Assembly: GCA_016176465.1 (NCBI GenBank)
Contig: JACOXD010000011.1
Coordinates: forward strand, 12,318 to 76,317
Direction: 5' to 3'
Length of the DNA stretch: 64,000 bases
DNA from: Candidatus Daviesbacteria bacterium
Lineage (GTDB): Bacteria; Patescibacteriota; Microgenomatia; Daviesbacterales; UBA10151
The notes under the pieces: model-generated
What the model was told of the DNA's origin: nothing
Database searches by the model: none
The model's input: only the letters and a program-made list of their open reading frames with translations
Made by a program: the position numbers and the translations under genes
In this document: piece by piece, positions 39,306 through 51,188 of the stretch
How the letters are laid out: every line of letters begins with the position of its first letter
Position numbering within the stretch: the stretch's first letter is position 1

Positions 39306-40619
39306 TTATATACCTACTCTGCTAAACATTTTTTTACTTCTTAACTTAAGGTGATAGTTAAGTGCAAAACGGTGGGATTCATCTCTGATTTTTTGCAATA
39401 AACGAAGAGACATTCTTCTTTTAGGGATCTTTACAATTTCTCCCTCAATTGGATATAACCTCTCCATTTTTTTTGCCAATCCAAATATAGGAATACTTAC
39501 TTCTCGTTTCTCTAAGATAGCGGCCACCCCTCTAACCTGACCTCTCCCTCCATCGATTATAATTAAATCTGGAAAGGGCCACTCAGGATGATTTAGTCTC
39601 CTCCTCATCATCTCAGATAGCATTGCTACATCATTAGGTTTTCCAGTAATTTTTATTTTAAACTTTCGATACTGCGATTTATCTATTTCTCCATTTGCTA
39701 AAACTACAAGTGATCCTGAAGCTTCCCCCCCTTGAATATTAGAAATATCATAACCTTCAATCCTCTTAGGCAAATTAGGCAATTTCAAATCCGTCATTAG
39801 CTGCTTTAATCCCAACTTATTTTGGTCTTCCAAAAAATTAGGATTATCTAAATACATTGAAATCTCAGTTGGTTGGGTAATATATTCAATCCCAGAAATT
39901 GTTTTCTTTAAAGTTTCTGCCTTTTCAAATTGCAAGTTTTTTGCAAGATCTTTCATTTCAACTTGCAACTCACTTAACAAAACTTCTTTTTCTCCACCTA
40001 TAAATTTAATAAAGCGGTTAATAATTTTTCGGTACTCTTTTGCATCTATCAAACCTATACAGGCTCCGGGACAAAGTCTTAGATGATAGTAAAAACATGG
40101 TCTAGCTTTCCAATCCCGGATTGGATTTGAATTGACAATCCGGGATTGGATGGTTATTTTCGATGGATTAGAACACCAAGGGAAGACTCTCCTTATTTTT
40201 TTTAAAGTTTGATTAACAGTACGGGATGAAGGAAAAGGACCAAAATATTTCAATGCATCGCTTAGTTCCTGCTTTCTGGAAGTTATTATCCTTGGGAACT
40301 TTTCCTTAGTGACTTTAATATAAAGATAATCTTTATTATCAGTTAAGCGGACGTTAAAGGTGGGCAAATTTTTTTTAATTAAATTGGCTTCCAAAATAAG
40401 TGCTTCTAATTCCGATTCCACCACAAAAAAAACAATGTCGGCAATACTTTCTACTAATTGGGCTGTTTTTAAAGATGATCTATCTCTAAAATAGGAGGCA
40501 ACCCTGGACTTTAAATCTACTGCTTTGCCCACATATAAAATGTCACCTTTTAAATCTTTAAATATGTAAACGCCACTTTTGTGAGGAATATCCTCTTTCG
40601 ATAAATTCTTGGGAATCAT
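39306..40619 (-). CDS. uvrC: Excinuclease ABC subunit C (compact form)
   Basis: GVY..YVGKA GIY-YIG, RIEGYDISN, DGGRGQ, RDESHRFA. Confidence 0.92.
   Translation of the reverse strand: MIPKNLSKEDIPHKSGVYIFKDLKGDILYVGKAVDLKSRVASYFRDRSSLKTAQLVESIADIVFFVVESELEALILEANLIKKNLPTFNVRLTDNKDYLYIKVTKEKFPRIITSRKQELSDALKYFGPFPSSRTVNQTLKKIRRVFPWCSNPSKITIQSRIVNSNPIRDWKARPCFYYHLRLCPGACIGLIDAKEYRKIINRFIKFIGGEKEVLLSELQVEMKDLAKNLQFEKAETLKKTISGIEYITQPTEISMYLDNPNFLEDQNKLGLKQLMTDLKLPNLPKRIEGYDISNIQGGEASGSLVVLANGEIDKSQYRKFKIKITGKPNDVAMLSEMMRRRLNHPEWPFPDLIIIDGGRGQVRGVAAILEKREVSIPIFGLAKKMERLYPIEGEIVKIPKRRMSLRLLQKIRDESHRFALNYHLKLRSKKMFSRVGI
40111..40148. repeat. 38-bp REP doublet inside uvrC
   Basis: CAATCCCGGATTG-N12-CAATCCGGGATTG. 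Confidence 0.9.
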
Positions 40620-40641
40620 TTAAGGAATTATTATAACCCAA

Positions 40642-42486
40642 TTATCTTCTTTTTTTTCTTTTATTTCTGGTGGGCTGATTATTAGTTTTTAAATGGAAAA
40701 TTAGAGTTAATAAATATATTAAAATCATGCTACCGATAATTCCAGATACTAAAAGAGGCAGTAAACTTAGTGAGAAAAAGGGATTTACTTTAATAGGTCT
40801 ATTAAAGAGCTCCTCATTAATTTTTATTTGTAAAACATCATCAGTTTTTTTCCAAAAAGGATTTGCTGAAATACTAAATCGATATTCAAAAAGACCAAAG
40901 GGAGCAATAGCATCTACGTTTACAACTTTCAAAGGATTAATTTCTAAATCTTTAGCTAAAAAAGAAACGGTTGCGGGTTTTGAATAAGCAAAACCGTTAT
41001 TGGCTATCTTAACTTTCCCTTTAGATGGAAAACCTGCCAAAATTTCTGCGGGAATATCTATAGAGTACTCCAGTTTTGCATCCGCTATAAGAGTTTTATC
41101 AGTAAGAGTTTGATCCCTGGGTGCAATTTTTACTTGGGTTGGCCAGATTAAATCTTTCATAATTCCCTGGTGGGAAACTTTTAAATGACTTAAATCCAAT
41201 TTATTAAAATAATCCTGCCCAGAAATTGATTGCATCGTTGGGTCAATCATTATCCAACCTCTAGCCGGATCATAAAACTCCACTAAAAAGTTAGGTGTCT
41301 GAGTATTTAAGGTAGCCCCAACTACCAATCTGGTAGGAATTTTAGCTCCTCTTGAGAGGGCAATGAATAAATCTGCATATTCTAGACTCAAAGCATCCTC
41401 CGGATTATTTAATACAGTTAGAGCTCCAAGACGATAGTCATTATTGCTTAAATACCTTTCTTGGTTAAATTGCAAATGATTACCTACAAAATTTTGAATT
41501 AACTCTGCCTTTTGGTGATTTGTAAGCTTGTCCTTATCTTTTAAAATTTCTAAAAGTTTTTGTTTAACTGCTGGATCATCTTTCTGCCAAAAAGTGCTTG
41601 ATCCCAAATATTTATTAAGATTTGCCTCTTCTTCAATTTGAGGTTTTACTCTAGGATTAAGAGAAATTGAAGCAGTACCATTTATTATTACATCTCTTGT
41701 TCCCCTGATTGGAAGTTTAAATAAAGCTAGAAAATTGCCATCAGTGTCTAAAACTACATTTTCCGGTTGCGGACTTATTTTTTCTATATTAATTTCCTGT
41801 AGGGTAGTATTTGAAGGAAGCGCAACAGAGGCTATTGATGGTAGCAGTGAATTATTTTGCAATTTATATACAATTTCAAAAGTAGTGGTTTGTTTCTCCC
41901 CAAAAATCATTTTTACACCCTTTCCTTGGATTTGATCTTTGGAAAAGTTAAATACTAGATTTCCTCCAATCTCAGAAATTGTTTCTGGCTCCGGTAAGAT
42001 TAAGGTGGGATCTCCCCAAGAAGTAGGAGTTATTAAACTTAAGTTAATATTTTCCACCTCTTCTGCCAAGGCAAGTTTAGGAATAAAGATTTGGACATTT
42101 TTCCCAAACTTTTGGGAAAAATCATTGGATTCGTAAGATACATTAAATATATTTTCTTTATCAACTCCGGTAATTTGTTGGTTTAAATTTATCTCTAAGT
42201 TAGTAAGATTATTTTCTCTTTTAGTGTTTACAGTTAGCGGTACCTGATTATCAGATGCTTTAATGTTTACTAAATTGGTTGATGGGACTAATATATTAAA
42301 TTTAGTTGCATAAAAAGTGGGTGTTAAATTTTTTAAAGTAACCTTTTGTTCAACTAGTGCTTTTCCATCATTTTCGATTTTATAGGTAATGTCATATGAA
42401 GTTTTGAACTCATTAGCAGCCAAAACAGTCGATGTAAAAAAGAAGAAGCCGATGATGTAAAAAAGGAAAATAATCAATTTGTTCAT
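40642..42486 (-). CDS. Secreted/anchored transglutaminase-like protein, probably inactive
   Basis: EYADLFIALSR..IPTR..G, GW..IDPT; expected Cys and His replaced. Confidence 0.8.
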   Translation of the reverse strand: MNKLIIFLFYIIGFFFFTSTVLAANEFKTSYDITYKIENDGKALVEQKVTLKNLTPTFYATKFNILVPSTNLVNIKASDNQVPLTVNTKRENNLTNLEINLNQQITGVDKENIFNVSYESNDFSQKFGKNVQIFIPKLALAEEVENINLSLITPTSWGDPTLILPEPETISEIGGNLVFNFSKDQIQGKGVKMIFGEKQTTTFEIVYKLQNNSLLPSIASVALPSNTTLQEINIEKISPQPENVVLDTDGNFLALFKLPIRGTRDVIINGTASISLNPRVKPQIEEEANLNKYLGSSTFWQKDDPAVKQKLLEILKDKDKLTNHQKAELIQNFVGNHLQFNQERYLSNNDYRLGALTVLNNPEDALSLEYADLFIALSRGAKIPTRLVVGATLNTQTPNFLVEFYDPARGWIMIDPTMQSISGQDYFNKLDLSHLKVSHQGIMKDLIWPTQVKIAPRDQTLTDKTLIADAKLEYSIDIPAEILAGFPSKGKVKIANNGFAYSKPATVSFLAKDLEINPLKVVNVDAIAPFGLFEYRFSISANPFWKKTDDVLQIKINEELFNRPIKVNPFFSLSLLPLLVSGIIGSMILIYLLTLIFHLKTNNQPTRNKRKKRR

Positions 42487-42545
42487 AATGCAATTTTAAC
42501 ATTTAAACAAGCATTTCTTAAGGTTTAGAGCAATTAGCTTGACAC

Positions 42546-42578
42546 TAGCTTGACACCTGAAAGGTGTACGCATAAACT
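42546..42578 (+). promoter_or_regulatory. RAYT promoter overlapping a REP palindrome
   Basis: TTGACA-N17-TAAACT with ACACCT-GAA-AGGTGT inside. Confidence 0.65.
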
Positions 42579-42588
42579 TTACTAGTAT

Positions 42589-43233
42589 ATGCCTGGTAGA
42601 CTTGTACCCCTAGTTAATGGAGAGTTTTATCATATTTATAATCGTGGTAGTGATAAGCGCAATATTTTTTTGCAAAATAGAGATTACATCAGATTTCAAA
42701 AAACTTTTTATTATTACCAATTTTTAGGTCCGAAGGTAAGATTTTCTAAATTTGCTAAATCTACCTTAAACCTCTTTAATCCAACACTAAATGAAAAATT
42801 AGTAGAAATTCTCTGCTTTTGTTTAATGCCTAATCATTTCCACCTACTTTTGGTTCAACAAAAAGAAAACGGCATTTCTTCCTTTATTAGTCAACTTGCT
42901 AATAGCTACACCAAGTACTTTAATACGAAATATTCTAGGGTAGGTGCATTATTTCAAGGAGTTTTTAAGTCTGTGCGGATTTCATCAGATGAGCAGCTAA
43001 TTCATATATCACGCTACATACATATTAACCCAATAGTATCTGGTTTAACAAAGAACCTCAAAAACTATAAGTGGTCATCATATTCTGAATACTTACGAAA
43101 TAGAGAAACTTTTTGCCAGATCAGCACTATTTTAAATCTTTTCCCTTCTTCCAAAAAATACTCTGAGTTTATTGAAAATCAAATTAGCTATGGAACCACT
43201 CTCGAAATGATTAAACATCAAAAAATTGATTAA
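42589..43233 (+). CDS. REP-associated tyrosine transposase (RAYT)
   Basis: YHIYNRG, CLMPNHFH, YIHINP, WSSY. Confidence 0.93.
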   Translation: MPGRLVPLVNGEFYHIYNRGSDKRNIFLQNRDYIRFQKTFYYYQFLGPKVRFSKFAKSTLNLFNPTLNEKLVEILCFCLMPNHFHLLLVQQKENGISSFISQLANSYTKYFNTKYSRVGALFQGVFKSVRISSDEQLIHISRYIHINPIVSGLTKNLKNYKWSSYSEYLRNRETFCQISTILNLFPSSKKYSEFIENQISYGTTLEMIKHQKID

Positions 43234-43248
43234 TTAAATTCGTGCGGA

Positions 43249-43261
43249 CACCTGAAAGGTG
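43249..43261. repeat. REP palindrome CACCT-GAA-AGGTG
   Basis: Downstream of RAYT, same core as 42554. Confidence 0.8.
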
Positions 43262-43266
43262 CAAAG

Positions 43267-46170
43267 TTAAATAACTTTTGCTAAATATTGACCTGTGTAA
43301 GAGGATTTATTCTTTGCAATGTCTTTTGGAGTACCTTCTGCTATTACTTTTCCACCTAAATCTCCACCTTCAGGTCCTAAATCTATTACCCAGTCTGCGT
43401 TTTTAATTACATCTAAGTTGTGTTCAATAATCAAAACAGTATTTCCCAGGTTAACTAACTTTGTCAAAATTGTCAGTAACCTTTCTATATCTGCAAAGTG
43501 CAAACCAGTTGTAGGCTCATCCAGAATATACAAAGTAAGTCCTGTTTGTCTTTTGGATAATTCCGTTGCTAGTTTTATTCTTTGGGCTTCTCCACCTGAT
43601 AAAGTTGGCGCAGGTTGACCCAAGTGAATATAACCTAATCCTACCTCATTTAAAACTTGTAATTTATTTTTAGCTTGTGGGATATTGGCAAAAAATTCCA
43701 GTGCCTCCTCAACTGTCATATCTAGCACATCAGCAATATTTTTATCCTTAAAGTGAATTTCCAAAGCTTCTCTGTTATAACGTTTCCCATTACATGCCTC
43801 ACAAGTTACATAAATATCAGGCAAAAATTGCATCTCTATTTTAATTTGTCCTTCTCCCTCGCAAACTTCACACCTACCTCCTTTTACATTAAAAGAAAAC
43901 CTACCTGGCTTATATCCTTTAATTTTTGCCTCAGGGGAGGTTGCAAATAACTCTCTAATAAAAGTAAAAAGTCCTGTATAAGTTGCTGGATTAGATCTAG
44001 GCGTTCTGCCAATAGGTGATTGATCAACTAAAATTACTTTATCAATATTCTCATCCCCCTCCAATCTTTCAAATTTGCCCGGACGTTCTTTAGAGTGATA
44101 AAACTTAGAAGCTAGGGATTTAAACAAAATATCATGGATTAAAGTAGATTTACCCGATCCAGAAACCCCTGTTATAGCTATGAAATTACCCAAAGGGAAC
44201 TCTACATCAACATTTTTTAAGTTATGTTCCGAGGCTCCCAAAACTTTTAAAATGGTGGTATTTTCTTTAATTAATCCGTTAGTCTTGACTTCCACCTTTT
44301 TTCTACCTGCCAAATAAGCACCGGTCAAGCTCTGCTTATTTTTCATTAACTCCAAAGGAGTCCCAGTAGCAACAATTTTTCCGCCGTGTTCTCCAGCTCC
44401 CGGGCCGATTTCATAAAGAATGTCGGCGTTTTCCATTGTTTCACTATCATGCTCACTAACAATAACTGTATTTCCCAAGTCTCTTAACTTTTTTAGGGTT
44501 GTAATTAATCTTCTATTATCTCGCTGGTGCAATCCAATTGATGGTTCATCTAAAACATATAAAACCCCTGATAAACCTGAACCTATCTGGGAAGCAAGCC
44601 TAATTCTTTGTGCTTCTCCTCCTGCCAAAGTCATAGAAGAGCGATCTAGCGTTAAATAATTTAAACCAACGTCCATTAAAAACTGTAATCTTGATTCAAT
44701 CTCTTTAACTACAGGTTTAGCAATTGTTAATTCCCGTTCACTAAGCAATGGGGTTTTTAACTCCTTAACCCAATCCAAACCCTGAGCTATGGATTGAGAA
44801 GTAACTTCGGAAATGTTGGAATCATTAATAGTGATGGATAAAACTTCATCTTTTAACCTTGCGCCGTTACACTTGGGACAAATCTCCCGCAGCATGTATT
44901 TTTCAATTTCACCCTTAACATAATCAGACTCGGTTTCAGAGTAGCGCTCTTTTAAATAAGGCACGATCCCCTGGAAAGTTGAGTAAAAATGAGTCCATCG
45001 TCCTTGCCTATTTTTACCTTCAACTTTAAACTGCTTGTCTCCATCCCCAAATAATAATACTTTTCTGGCCTGCGCGGATAGCTGGCCAAGTCTGGTACTC
45101 AGATCAAAACCATACTCTGCCCCGACAGCTTCAATAAGCCTGGAAAACCAGGTTTCCGATCCAGCTAAACGCTGCCAGGGCAAAATGCCTCCTTCTCTAA
45201 TAGATAAAATAGGATTTAAGATTGCATCAGCATCTATTTCTAAAAGTGACCCAAGTCCCGCGCAAGTAGGACAAGCTCCATGAGGAGAGTTAAAAGAAAA
45301 AGTTCTTGGTTCTATTTCAGGCAAAGCAATGTTATCTACTGGACAAGCAAACCGCTCTGAATATAAATGATCCTCCATTTTTTTGGGGTTAGTAGGGAAT
45401 TCTAAAGAGGCATCCAAGACTTCCGAAACAATTAATGTTCCCTCCCCCAACTTTAGCGCTGTTTCAACTGATTGATTGAGTCTGGATTTAACTTGTGAAT
45501 CTTTAATAGATTTAGCGTCTAAACTCAATCTATCAACCAGCGCATCAATACTATGTTTATTAGTTTTAATTAACATTAAATCCTCTGATAAATCCCTAAT
45601 CTGCCTATCAATTCTGGCTCTTGAAAATCCTTTTTTCGCAAGATCATCTAAAAGAGAGCTATACTCCCCCTTTCTATCTTTAACAATAGGGGCTAAAATC
45701 ATTATCCTTTTTATCTTTCTATTTGATCCTTCGACTACGCTTTGGATAACGCTCTGTGTTATTTGCTCAACACTCATTCTGGATATTTCCCTGCCACAAA
45801 TAGGACAATGCGGGTGACCAACTCTGGCAAAAAGTAATCTTAAATAATCATAAACTTCTGTTGTAGTGCCTACTGTAGAGCGAGGATTGTGAGAGGCGCT
45901 CTTTTGGTCAATTGAAATAGCCGGAGATAACCCTTCTATATAATCTACATCTGGCTTATCCATTACTCCTAAAAACTGTCTAGCATAAGCACTCAAAGAT
46001 TCTACATATCTTCTTTGCCCTTCAGCATATAAGGTATCAAAAGCTAAGGAAGATTTCCCCGAACCAGAGATACCTGTAAAAACTACTAATTTATTTTTCG
46101 GTATAACTAAATCTATATTCTTAAGATTATGCTGCCTGGCTCCTTTTATAATAATTTTATCTGTTGACAA
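43267..46170 (-). CDS. uvrA: Excinuclease ABC subunit A
   Basis: Two GxSGSGKS motifs, [16 protein letters not shown], Zn fingers. Confidence 0.98.
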   Translation of the reverse strand: MSTDKIIIKGARQHNLKNIDLVIPKNKLVVFTGISGSGKSSLAFDTLYAEGQRRYVESLSAYARQFLGVMDKPDVDYIEGLSPAISIDQKSASHNPRSTVGTTTEVYDYLRLLFARVGHPHCPICGREISRMSVEQITQSVIQSVVEGSNRKIKRIMILAPIVKDRKGEYSSLLDDLAKKGFSRARIDRQIRDLSEDLMLIKTNKHSIDALVDRLSLDAKSIKDSQVKSRLNQSVETALKLGEGTLIVSEVLDASLEFPTNPKKMEDHLYSERFACPVDNIALPEIEPRTFSFNSPHGACPTCAGLGSLLEIDADAILNPILSIREGGILPWQRLAGSETWFSRLIEAVGAEYGFDLSTRLGQLSAQARKVLLFGDGDKQFKVEGKNRQGRWTHFYSTFQGIVPYLKERYSETESDYVKGEIEKYMLREICPKCNGARLKDEVLSITINDSNISEVTSQSIAQGLDWVKELKTPLLSERELTIAKPVVKEIESRLQFLMDVGLNYLTLDRSSMTLAGGEAQRIRLASQIGSGLSGVLYVLDEPSIGLHQRDNRRLITTLKKLRDLGNTVIVSEHDSETMENADILYEIGPGAGEHGGKIVATGTPLELMKNKQSLTGAYLAGRKKVEVKTNGLIKENTTILKVLGASEHNLKNVDVEFPLGNFIAITGVSGSGKSTLIHDILFKSLASKFYHSKERPGKFERLEGDENIDKVILVDQSPIGRTPRSNPATYTGLFTFIRELFATSPEAKIKGYKPGRFSFNVKGGRCEVCEGEGQIKIEMQFLPDIYVTCEACNGKRYNREALEIHFKDKNIADVLDMTVEEALEFFANIPQAKNKLQVLNEVGLGYIHLGQPAPTLSGGEAQRIKLATELSKRQTGLTLYILDEPTTGLHFADIERLLTILTKLVNLGNTVLIIEHNLDVIKNADWVIDLGPEGGDLGGKVIAEGTPKDIAKNKSSYTGQYLAKVI

Positions 46171-46254
46171 GGATTCGGGTTCCTTTCGCCCTAAAAAGCA
46201 ATCTATTTTAACATAAAAAATTAACTTTTTAAAGACTAAGTTAGTAGCTAAAGA

Positions 46255-47769
46255 CTATTTAGGGATTTGCAGGCTATAAACTGGAATTTTTAAATCTATT
46301 TTTTTCATCCCCTCTAAAATTTCTGAATTGGTTAGTAAAATTGAAGTAGCGGGAACTTTAGTTCCGGGAGTCCACTTAAGTATTTTTCTATCAAAGTAAG
46401 AGCTTTCAAAAAATTTGGCGGCGTATCCATCACTTCTATAAATATCTGACTCTATGAAAGGTTCCAATTTATTTTTTTTAGCCTCCTTTGACAACATAAA
46501 ATAAGAATCATGGGAATTGTTGCTAAAATGCGCTCTAACTTCTACAGGATACTTAAAGTAGTAAAATCCTAAAAAATCTACATAATTCAAAGTTAATAAG
46601 ATCGCTCCTGTTAAGAAAGATGCGCTAAGAGCTTTCTTTTTCCACAAGCTTCTTGCCCTATTTCTCAATTCCCACAGACGATATCCTCCATATGAGGCTA
46701 CCACAATATATGGTGGAAGCATCGCCAATAATCTATTGGCACGATGGAAAGAACCTACGAGTCCAAAAAACAAAGGAGCAAATAGAAAGCAGGCTAAACA
46801 AAAAACGACAAAGGAATTTTTTCTAATTGCCTGATATGCTCCTATTAAAAATAAAGGCAAACTTGTCAAAAGGAGTGCCCCGTGTTTGCCTGTTGAATGA
46901 TAAGGAGTGGCATCCCCGCTAACGTATAAAAATGCAGGGTCAAAATTAGATAAATAGTAATAAAAAAAGTTTTGATAGGAATCTATTGAAGGATTACTTC
47001 CACCAGCAATTGCTCCAGCGTATTTTAACTCAAGGATAGGAATTATGGCAAAAAAAGGGAGTAAAGCTATAGAAAAAACTAAAATTGCTTTAAAAGATTT
47101 AATTATGGTTTGTTTAGAGAAATCAAATTTAGAGTTTAAATAAACAATGTATAGGTAAGTAAGAACAGCCCAGACAGGTACAAAAAGCCTAAGTGCTTTA
47201 TAACTGTAAAAACTAATCCCTAAAGAGAGAGCTGACAAAGTTAAATAGCGCCACTTGCCTTTTCTTTGGTATAAAAGTATACCCAGTAAAAAAATAATTA
47301 TAAAAGGAACTGGTGCAATGTTTTCATGGGCTAAATGGGCCTGGATCATTAAAATTGGGGTAGTTGCAAGTAAAGTTACTCCTAAAACTGCTAATTTCCA
47401 GCCTTCAAATTTATAAAGCAGAAAAAAAATTAAAACAATACTCAAAAGAGCAAAAATTACACTAACTAACCTTAGATTGTAATAGGAGGCACCCAAGACC
47501 TTAAAAATTAGAACCATTGTATATTGATAAACTGGATTGCGCCAGTCTTTTCCATCAAGAGTCAAAACAAAAAAAGGGAGGAATCTATTATTTTCATCCC
47601 TTAAATTTTTAGAAAGTAATACACCATTAAAACCTGATGATGCTTCATCAGAGTTTATTCCTGGTGGAACATCTAGGAGCTTAAATGAAAATAAAAAATA
47701 AAAAATGACTAGTATTATTAAGCTAATAAAAAAGACAAAAACCTTATTTTTAAGAGAAAGAGTAGGCAT
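46255..47769 (-). CDS. GT-C (PMT/ArnT-like) glycosyltransferase
   Basis: PPGINSDEA, RDE, many TMs. Confidence 0.82.
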   Translation of the reverse strand: MPTLSLKNKVFVFFISLIILVIFYFLFSFKLLDVPPGINSDEASSGFNGVLLSKNLRDENNRFLPFFVLTLDGKDWRNPVYQYTMVLIFKVLGASYYNLRLVSVIFALLSIVLIFFLLYKFEGWKLAVLGVTLLATTPILMIQAHLAHENIAPVPFIIIFLLGILLYQRKGKWRYLTLSALSLGISFYSYKALRLFVPVWAVLTYLYIVYLNSKFDFSKQTIIKSFKAILVFSIALLPFFAIIPILELKYAGAIAGGSNPSIDSYQNFFYYYLSNFDPAFLYVSGDATPYHSTGKHGALLLTSLPLFLIGAYQAIRKNSFVVFCLACFLFAPLFFGLVGSFHRANRLLAMLPPYIVVASYGGYRLWELRNRARSLWKKKALSASFLTGAILLTLNYVDFLGFYYFKYPVEVRAHFSNNSHDSYFMLSKEAKKNKLEPFIESDIYRSDGYAAKFFESSYFDRKILKWTPGTKVPATSILLTNSEILEGMKKIDLKIPVYSLQIPK

Positions 47770-47837
47770 ATTTTGAGTGTAACACAATTTTAATTCTTTC
47801 TTGACAAGTGGCTTATCTAATCTTATAGTTTCAAAAT

Positions 47838-48437
47838 ATGTACAGAGAATCTTTAAGATATACACCCATTTCACTTAGACTGTTAGCCTTGGGAGGCTTA
47901 AGCCTGGCACTCGGAGCGGCAACTGCTTACTATGATGCTCACTTTAATCCTTTGCAAACTTTTACAATTGATTCGGACGCTTCACGAACTTCAAAGTTAA
48001 GCCGTATAAAAGTTGAACGAAGCAGACTAACTGTCACTTTAGACAAGCCAGGGGATTTTAGCAGTGCTAGAGGGATAATTGATCTGGGTAGTGGTCCAGA
48101 ATACATACTTCCAAAAAAAACTCCTTTTCCACTAGATCCTTATGAGGAGGATTTTAACTCTAGATTTCCACCAAGTTGTAGCTCATATTCTCAAATGGGA
48201 GATATGCGTTTGGAACTTTGTATGAAGTACGGTATTCCAAATGATGAAATTGAAATCAACCTCGGGAAATCCCTTAGCGAAGGGCCAAAAAGTCGAAGTT
48301 TATTTTTTCATCGTAGCCTTATTGGATTAAAAAAAATTTTAGTTCGTTGGACAAACTGGAGGCTAGGACAGGTTTTACTTATTAAAGACTCAGTTGATAT
48401 TCCAGTTTCAGTAGAAACCAAATCCCAAGCTTATTAA
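47838..48437 (+). CDS. Hypothetical exported protein
   Basis: N-terminal hydrophobic segment. Confidence 0.6.
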   Translation: MYRESLRYTPISLRLLALGGLSLALGAATAYYDAHFNPLQTFTIDSDASRTSKLSRIKVERSRLTVTLDKPGDFSSARGIIDLGSGPEYILPKKTPFPLDPYEEDFNSRFPPSCSSYSQMGDMRLELCMKYGIPNDEIEINLGKSLSEGPKSRSLFFHRSLIGLKKILVRWTNWRLGQVLLIKDSVDIPVSVETKSQAY

Positions 48438-48503
48438 TCAAGCTTAACGTAATTCCCTTTTTATTTGCATTATTTTGTAAACAAGTTTAAAATCACGGGC
48501 ACT

Positions 48504-49115
48504 ATGTCTGATATTAGATGGGCAACATTGCTGGAACAACACACAGATAGACGTAAAGCTCTTGGAGCTATGTTGGCTGGGGCAGCAGTGAGTTTGCTTT
48601 CAGCTTGTGGTGGGGGAACTTCGGAAGATACTCCAGCACAAACTCCAATTCCAATAATGACTCCAGTTACCATACCTATTTCAACAAACACTCCCAACAG
48701 GGCTGCAGAGGCTAGGCCAGAAATTAAGTTTGTTCGTGATGATGAAGTTTGGAGTGTAGACATGAGAGCATGGGATGGTGGTATACATGGAAGGTGTATT
48801 TATATTTTAAAAGCAGGCGCATTAGCTAAAAATAATTACCCTACTGAAATTACTCCAGGGGCAGTTCAACTAGAGACAACTTTTGATAATAGAGACCCTC
48901 GCTTTTTAGTAGTCTCACAGTATGTATATAGGCCTGGTGGACGAGGAAATGCTGATGGCATAATGTTTCCAGAACAAATTGATCCAAATAGACCTCAAAT
49001 TTTATACTCTCAATGGGAAGATTTAAAACTTTTTGTAGTTACTTTTAATCATATAGTGAAGTGGTATGCTCCTATCCCTCCTCCCAGACTGCCAATAACC
49101 CCAGCTGCTTTTTAA
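48504..49115 (+). CDS. Hypothetical lipoprotein-like protein
   Basis: DRRKAL...LLSAC lipobox, PT-rich linker. Confidence 0.6.
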   Translation: MSDIRWATLLEQHTDRRKALGAMLAGAAVSLLSACGGGTSEDTPAQTPIPIMTPVTIPISTNTPNRAAEARPEIKFVRDDEVWSVDMRAWDGGIHGRCIYILKAGALAKNNYPTEITPGAVQLETTFDNRDPRFLVVSQYVYRPGGRGNADGIMFPEQIDPNRPQILYSQWEDLKLFVVTFNHIVKWYAPIPPPRLPITPAAF

Positions 49116-51134
49116 TTAACTGCTTAATTCTCTTATTTGATCCCTTAATCTTGCTGCTGTTTCAAAATCTAAAAGTGCTGCAGCATCTCTCATCTGTTTT
49201 TCTAATTCTTTAATAATTCTTCCTCTCTCTTTTAATGGTATATCTTCAACTGTTAATACATCCTTCCCTAATTTTTCCTCAACTTTTTCTATTAACCTTT
49301 CCCTTAATGCTTTTTCTATCGAGCGTGGTTTAATTTTATGTTTTTTATTAAATTCTATTTGATAATTCCTTCTTCTTGAAACCTCATCTATTGCTCCTTG
49401 TATTGATTTAGTAATGGTGTCTGCATACATGATTACTGCTCCATCAACGTGTCTGGCAGCACGACCCATTGTTTGGATTAAAGATGTTTTTGACCTTAAA
49501 AATCCTTCTTTATCTGCATCCAAAATAATAACCAAAGATACTTCAGGTAAATCTAACCCTTCCCTTAAAAGATTAATTCCTACAATTACATCAAATTCCC
49601 CTAATCTTAAACTTTGTAAAATATCAGAACGCTCTAAAGTAGCAATATCTGAGTGTAAATAATTGACTCTAATCCCCTTTTCTTTAAGGTAATCAGTTAA
49701 ATCCTCAGCCATCCTTTTAGTTAAAGTGGTTATTAAAACTCTCTCACCTTTACTTACCCTTTTTTCTACTTCCTTAATTACATCTTCAATTTGCCCCTCT
49801 GTTTTTCTAACAGATACTTGCGGATCAACAATACCTGTGGGTCTTACTAATTGCTGGGCTACATTGTTTGGGCTTCCAATCCCGGTTTGGAACTGAGTTG
49901 ACAAACCGGGATTGTAGCCTGCAAGTGAAAACTCATATTCATCAGGAGTAGCAGAAACATAGACAGCTTGATTAACCCTCCTCATAAACTCCTCAAACTT
50001 TAAGGGCCTATTATCTAGTGCGCTAGGCAACCTAAAACCAAATTCAACTAAAGTCTCCTTCCTGGAGCGATCGCCGTTATACATTCCTCTAATTTGAGGG
50101 ATGGTAATGTGGGATTCATCAATAATTATTAAATAATCTTTAGGAAAAAAATCTAAAAGAGTATAGGGTGGTTCACCTGGATCTCTACCATCAAAATATC
50201 TTGAGTAATTCTCAATCCCATTACAAAAACCAAACTCCTTTATCATCTCCAAATCATAATAAGTGCGCTGTTCTAACCTTTGAGACTCAAGTAATTTTCC
50301 TTGAGATTTTAAATCTTTCAATCTTAACCTTAAATCATCTTCAATTTGAAAAGTTGCTGGTTTAATTAATTGTTGAGGTGTTATATAGTGTTTTGCAGGA
50401 TACAAAGTTAAAGTTTCTAGAGTAGGAATTGACTTGCCAGTAAGAGGATCCAAATGGGAAACTCTTTCAATTTTATCTTCCAAAAACTCAATCCTTAATG
50501 CAAAGTCAGAGTAAGCTGGGAAGATATCTAAAGTGTCTCCTTTTAATCTATACGTTCCTCTTTCAAAGTCAAAATCATTTCGGACGTAAAACATTTTATT
50601 AAGCATCTTTAAGATAGATTCCATTCCTGATTTAACTCCATTTTTTAGTTGCAGTATTGCCCCTCCATATTCCTTCGGTGAACCTAAGTTATAAATACAA
50701 GAAACAGAGGCTACAACTACAACATCAGACCTAGTCATTAAAGAAGTAGTTGTTGAGAGTCGCAGTTTTTCAATCTCCTCGTTAATGGATGCATCTTTTT
50801 CAATATAGGTATCAGATGAAGGAACATAAGCCTCAGGCTGGTAATAATCATAGTAAGAAACAAAATACTCAACGGCATTTTCAGGAAATAAGGACTTAAA
50901 TTCTTGTGCCAATTGCCCGGCTAATGTTTTATTATGAGAGATAACTAGTGTTGGTCTATTTACAGCTTGGATGACATTAGCCACAGTAAAAGTTTTACCA
51001 GAACCTGTTACACCAAGCAAAACTTGATGTTTCTCATTATCCTTAATCCCCCTTACTAATTTCTCAATAGCTTGGGGCTGATCACCAGTAGGCTTAAAAT
51101 CTGAAATTATTTTAAACTTAGACATAAAGTTCAT
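49116..51134 (-). CDS. uvrB: Excinuclease ABC subunit B
   Basis: [30 protein letters not shown] domain. Confidence 0.98.
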   Translation of the reverse strand: MNFMSKFKIISDFKPTGDQPQAIEKLVRGIKDNEKHQVLLGVTGSGKTFTVANVIQAVNRPTLVISHNKTLAGQLAQEFKSLFPENAVEYFVSYYDYYQPEAYVPSSDTYIEKDASINEEIEKLRLSTTTSLMTRSDVVVVASVSCIYNLGSPKEYGGAILQLKNGVKSGMESILKMLNKMFYVRNDFDFERGTYRLKGDTLDIFPAYSDFALRIEFLEDKIERVSHLDPLTGKSIPTLETLTLYPAKHYITPQQLIKPATFQIEDDLRLRLKDLKSQGKLLESQRLEQRTYYDLEMIKEFGFCNGIENYSRYFDGRDPGEPPYTLLDFFPKDYLIIIDESHITIPQIRGMYNGDRSRKETLVEFGFRLPSALDNRPLKFEEFMRRVNQAVYVSATPDEYEFSLAGYNPGLSTQFQTGIGSPNNVAQQLVRPTGIVDPQVSVRKTEGQIEDVIKEVEKRVSKGERVLITTLTKRMAEDLTDYLKEKGIRVNYLHSDIATLERSDILQSLRLGEFDVIVGINLLREGLDLPEVSLVIILDADKEGFLRSKTSLIQTMGRAARHVDGAVIMYADTITKSIQGAIDEVSRRRNYQIEFNKKHKIKPRSIEKALRERLIEKVEEKLGKDVLTVEDIPLKERGRIIKELEKQMRDAAALLDFETAARLRDQIRELSS
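49877..49914. repeat. 38-bp REP doublet inside uvrB
   Basis: CAATCCCGGTTTG-N12-CAAACCGGGATTG. Confidence 0.9.
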
Positions 51135-51188
51135 TATAGCACTTAAGCGAATATTCCCCGAATAGTAGATTTAAAGATTATGATAGAT

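Noticed and set aside
43319-45817. Plus-strand ORFs within uvrA, and similar antisense ORFs elsewhere in the track
   Set aside because: Shadow frames of well-supported genes with no motifs.
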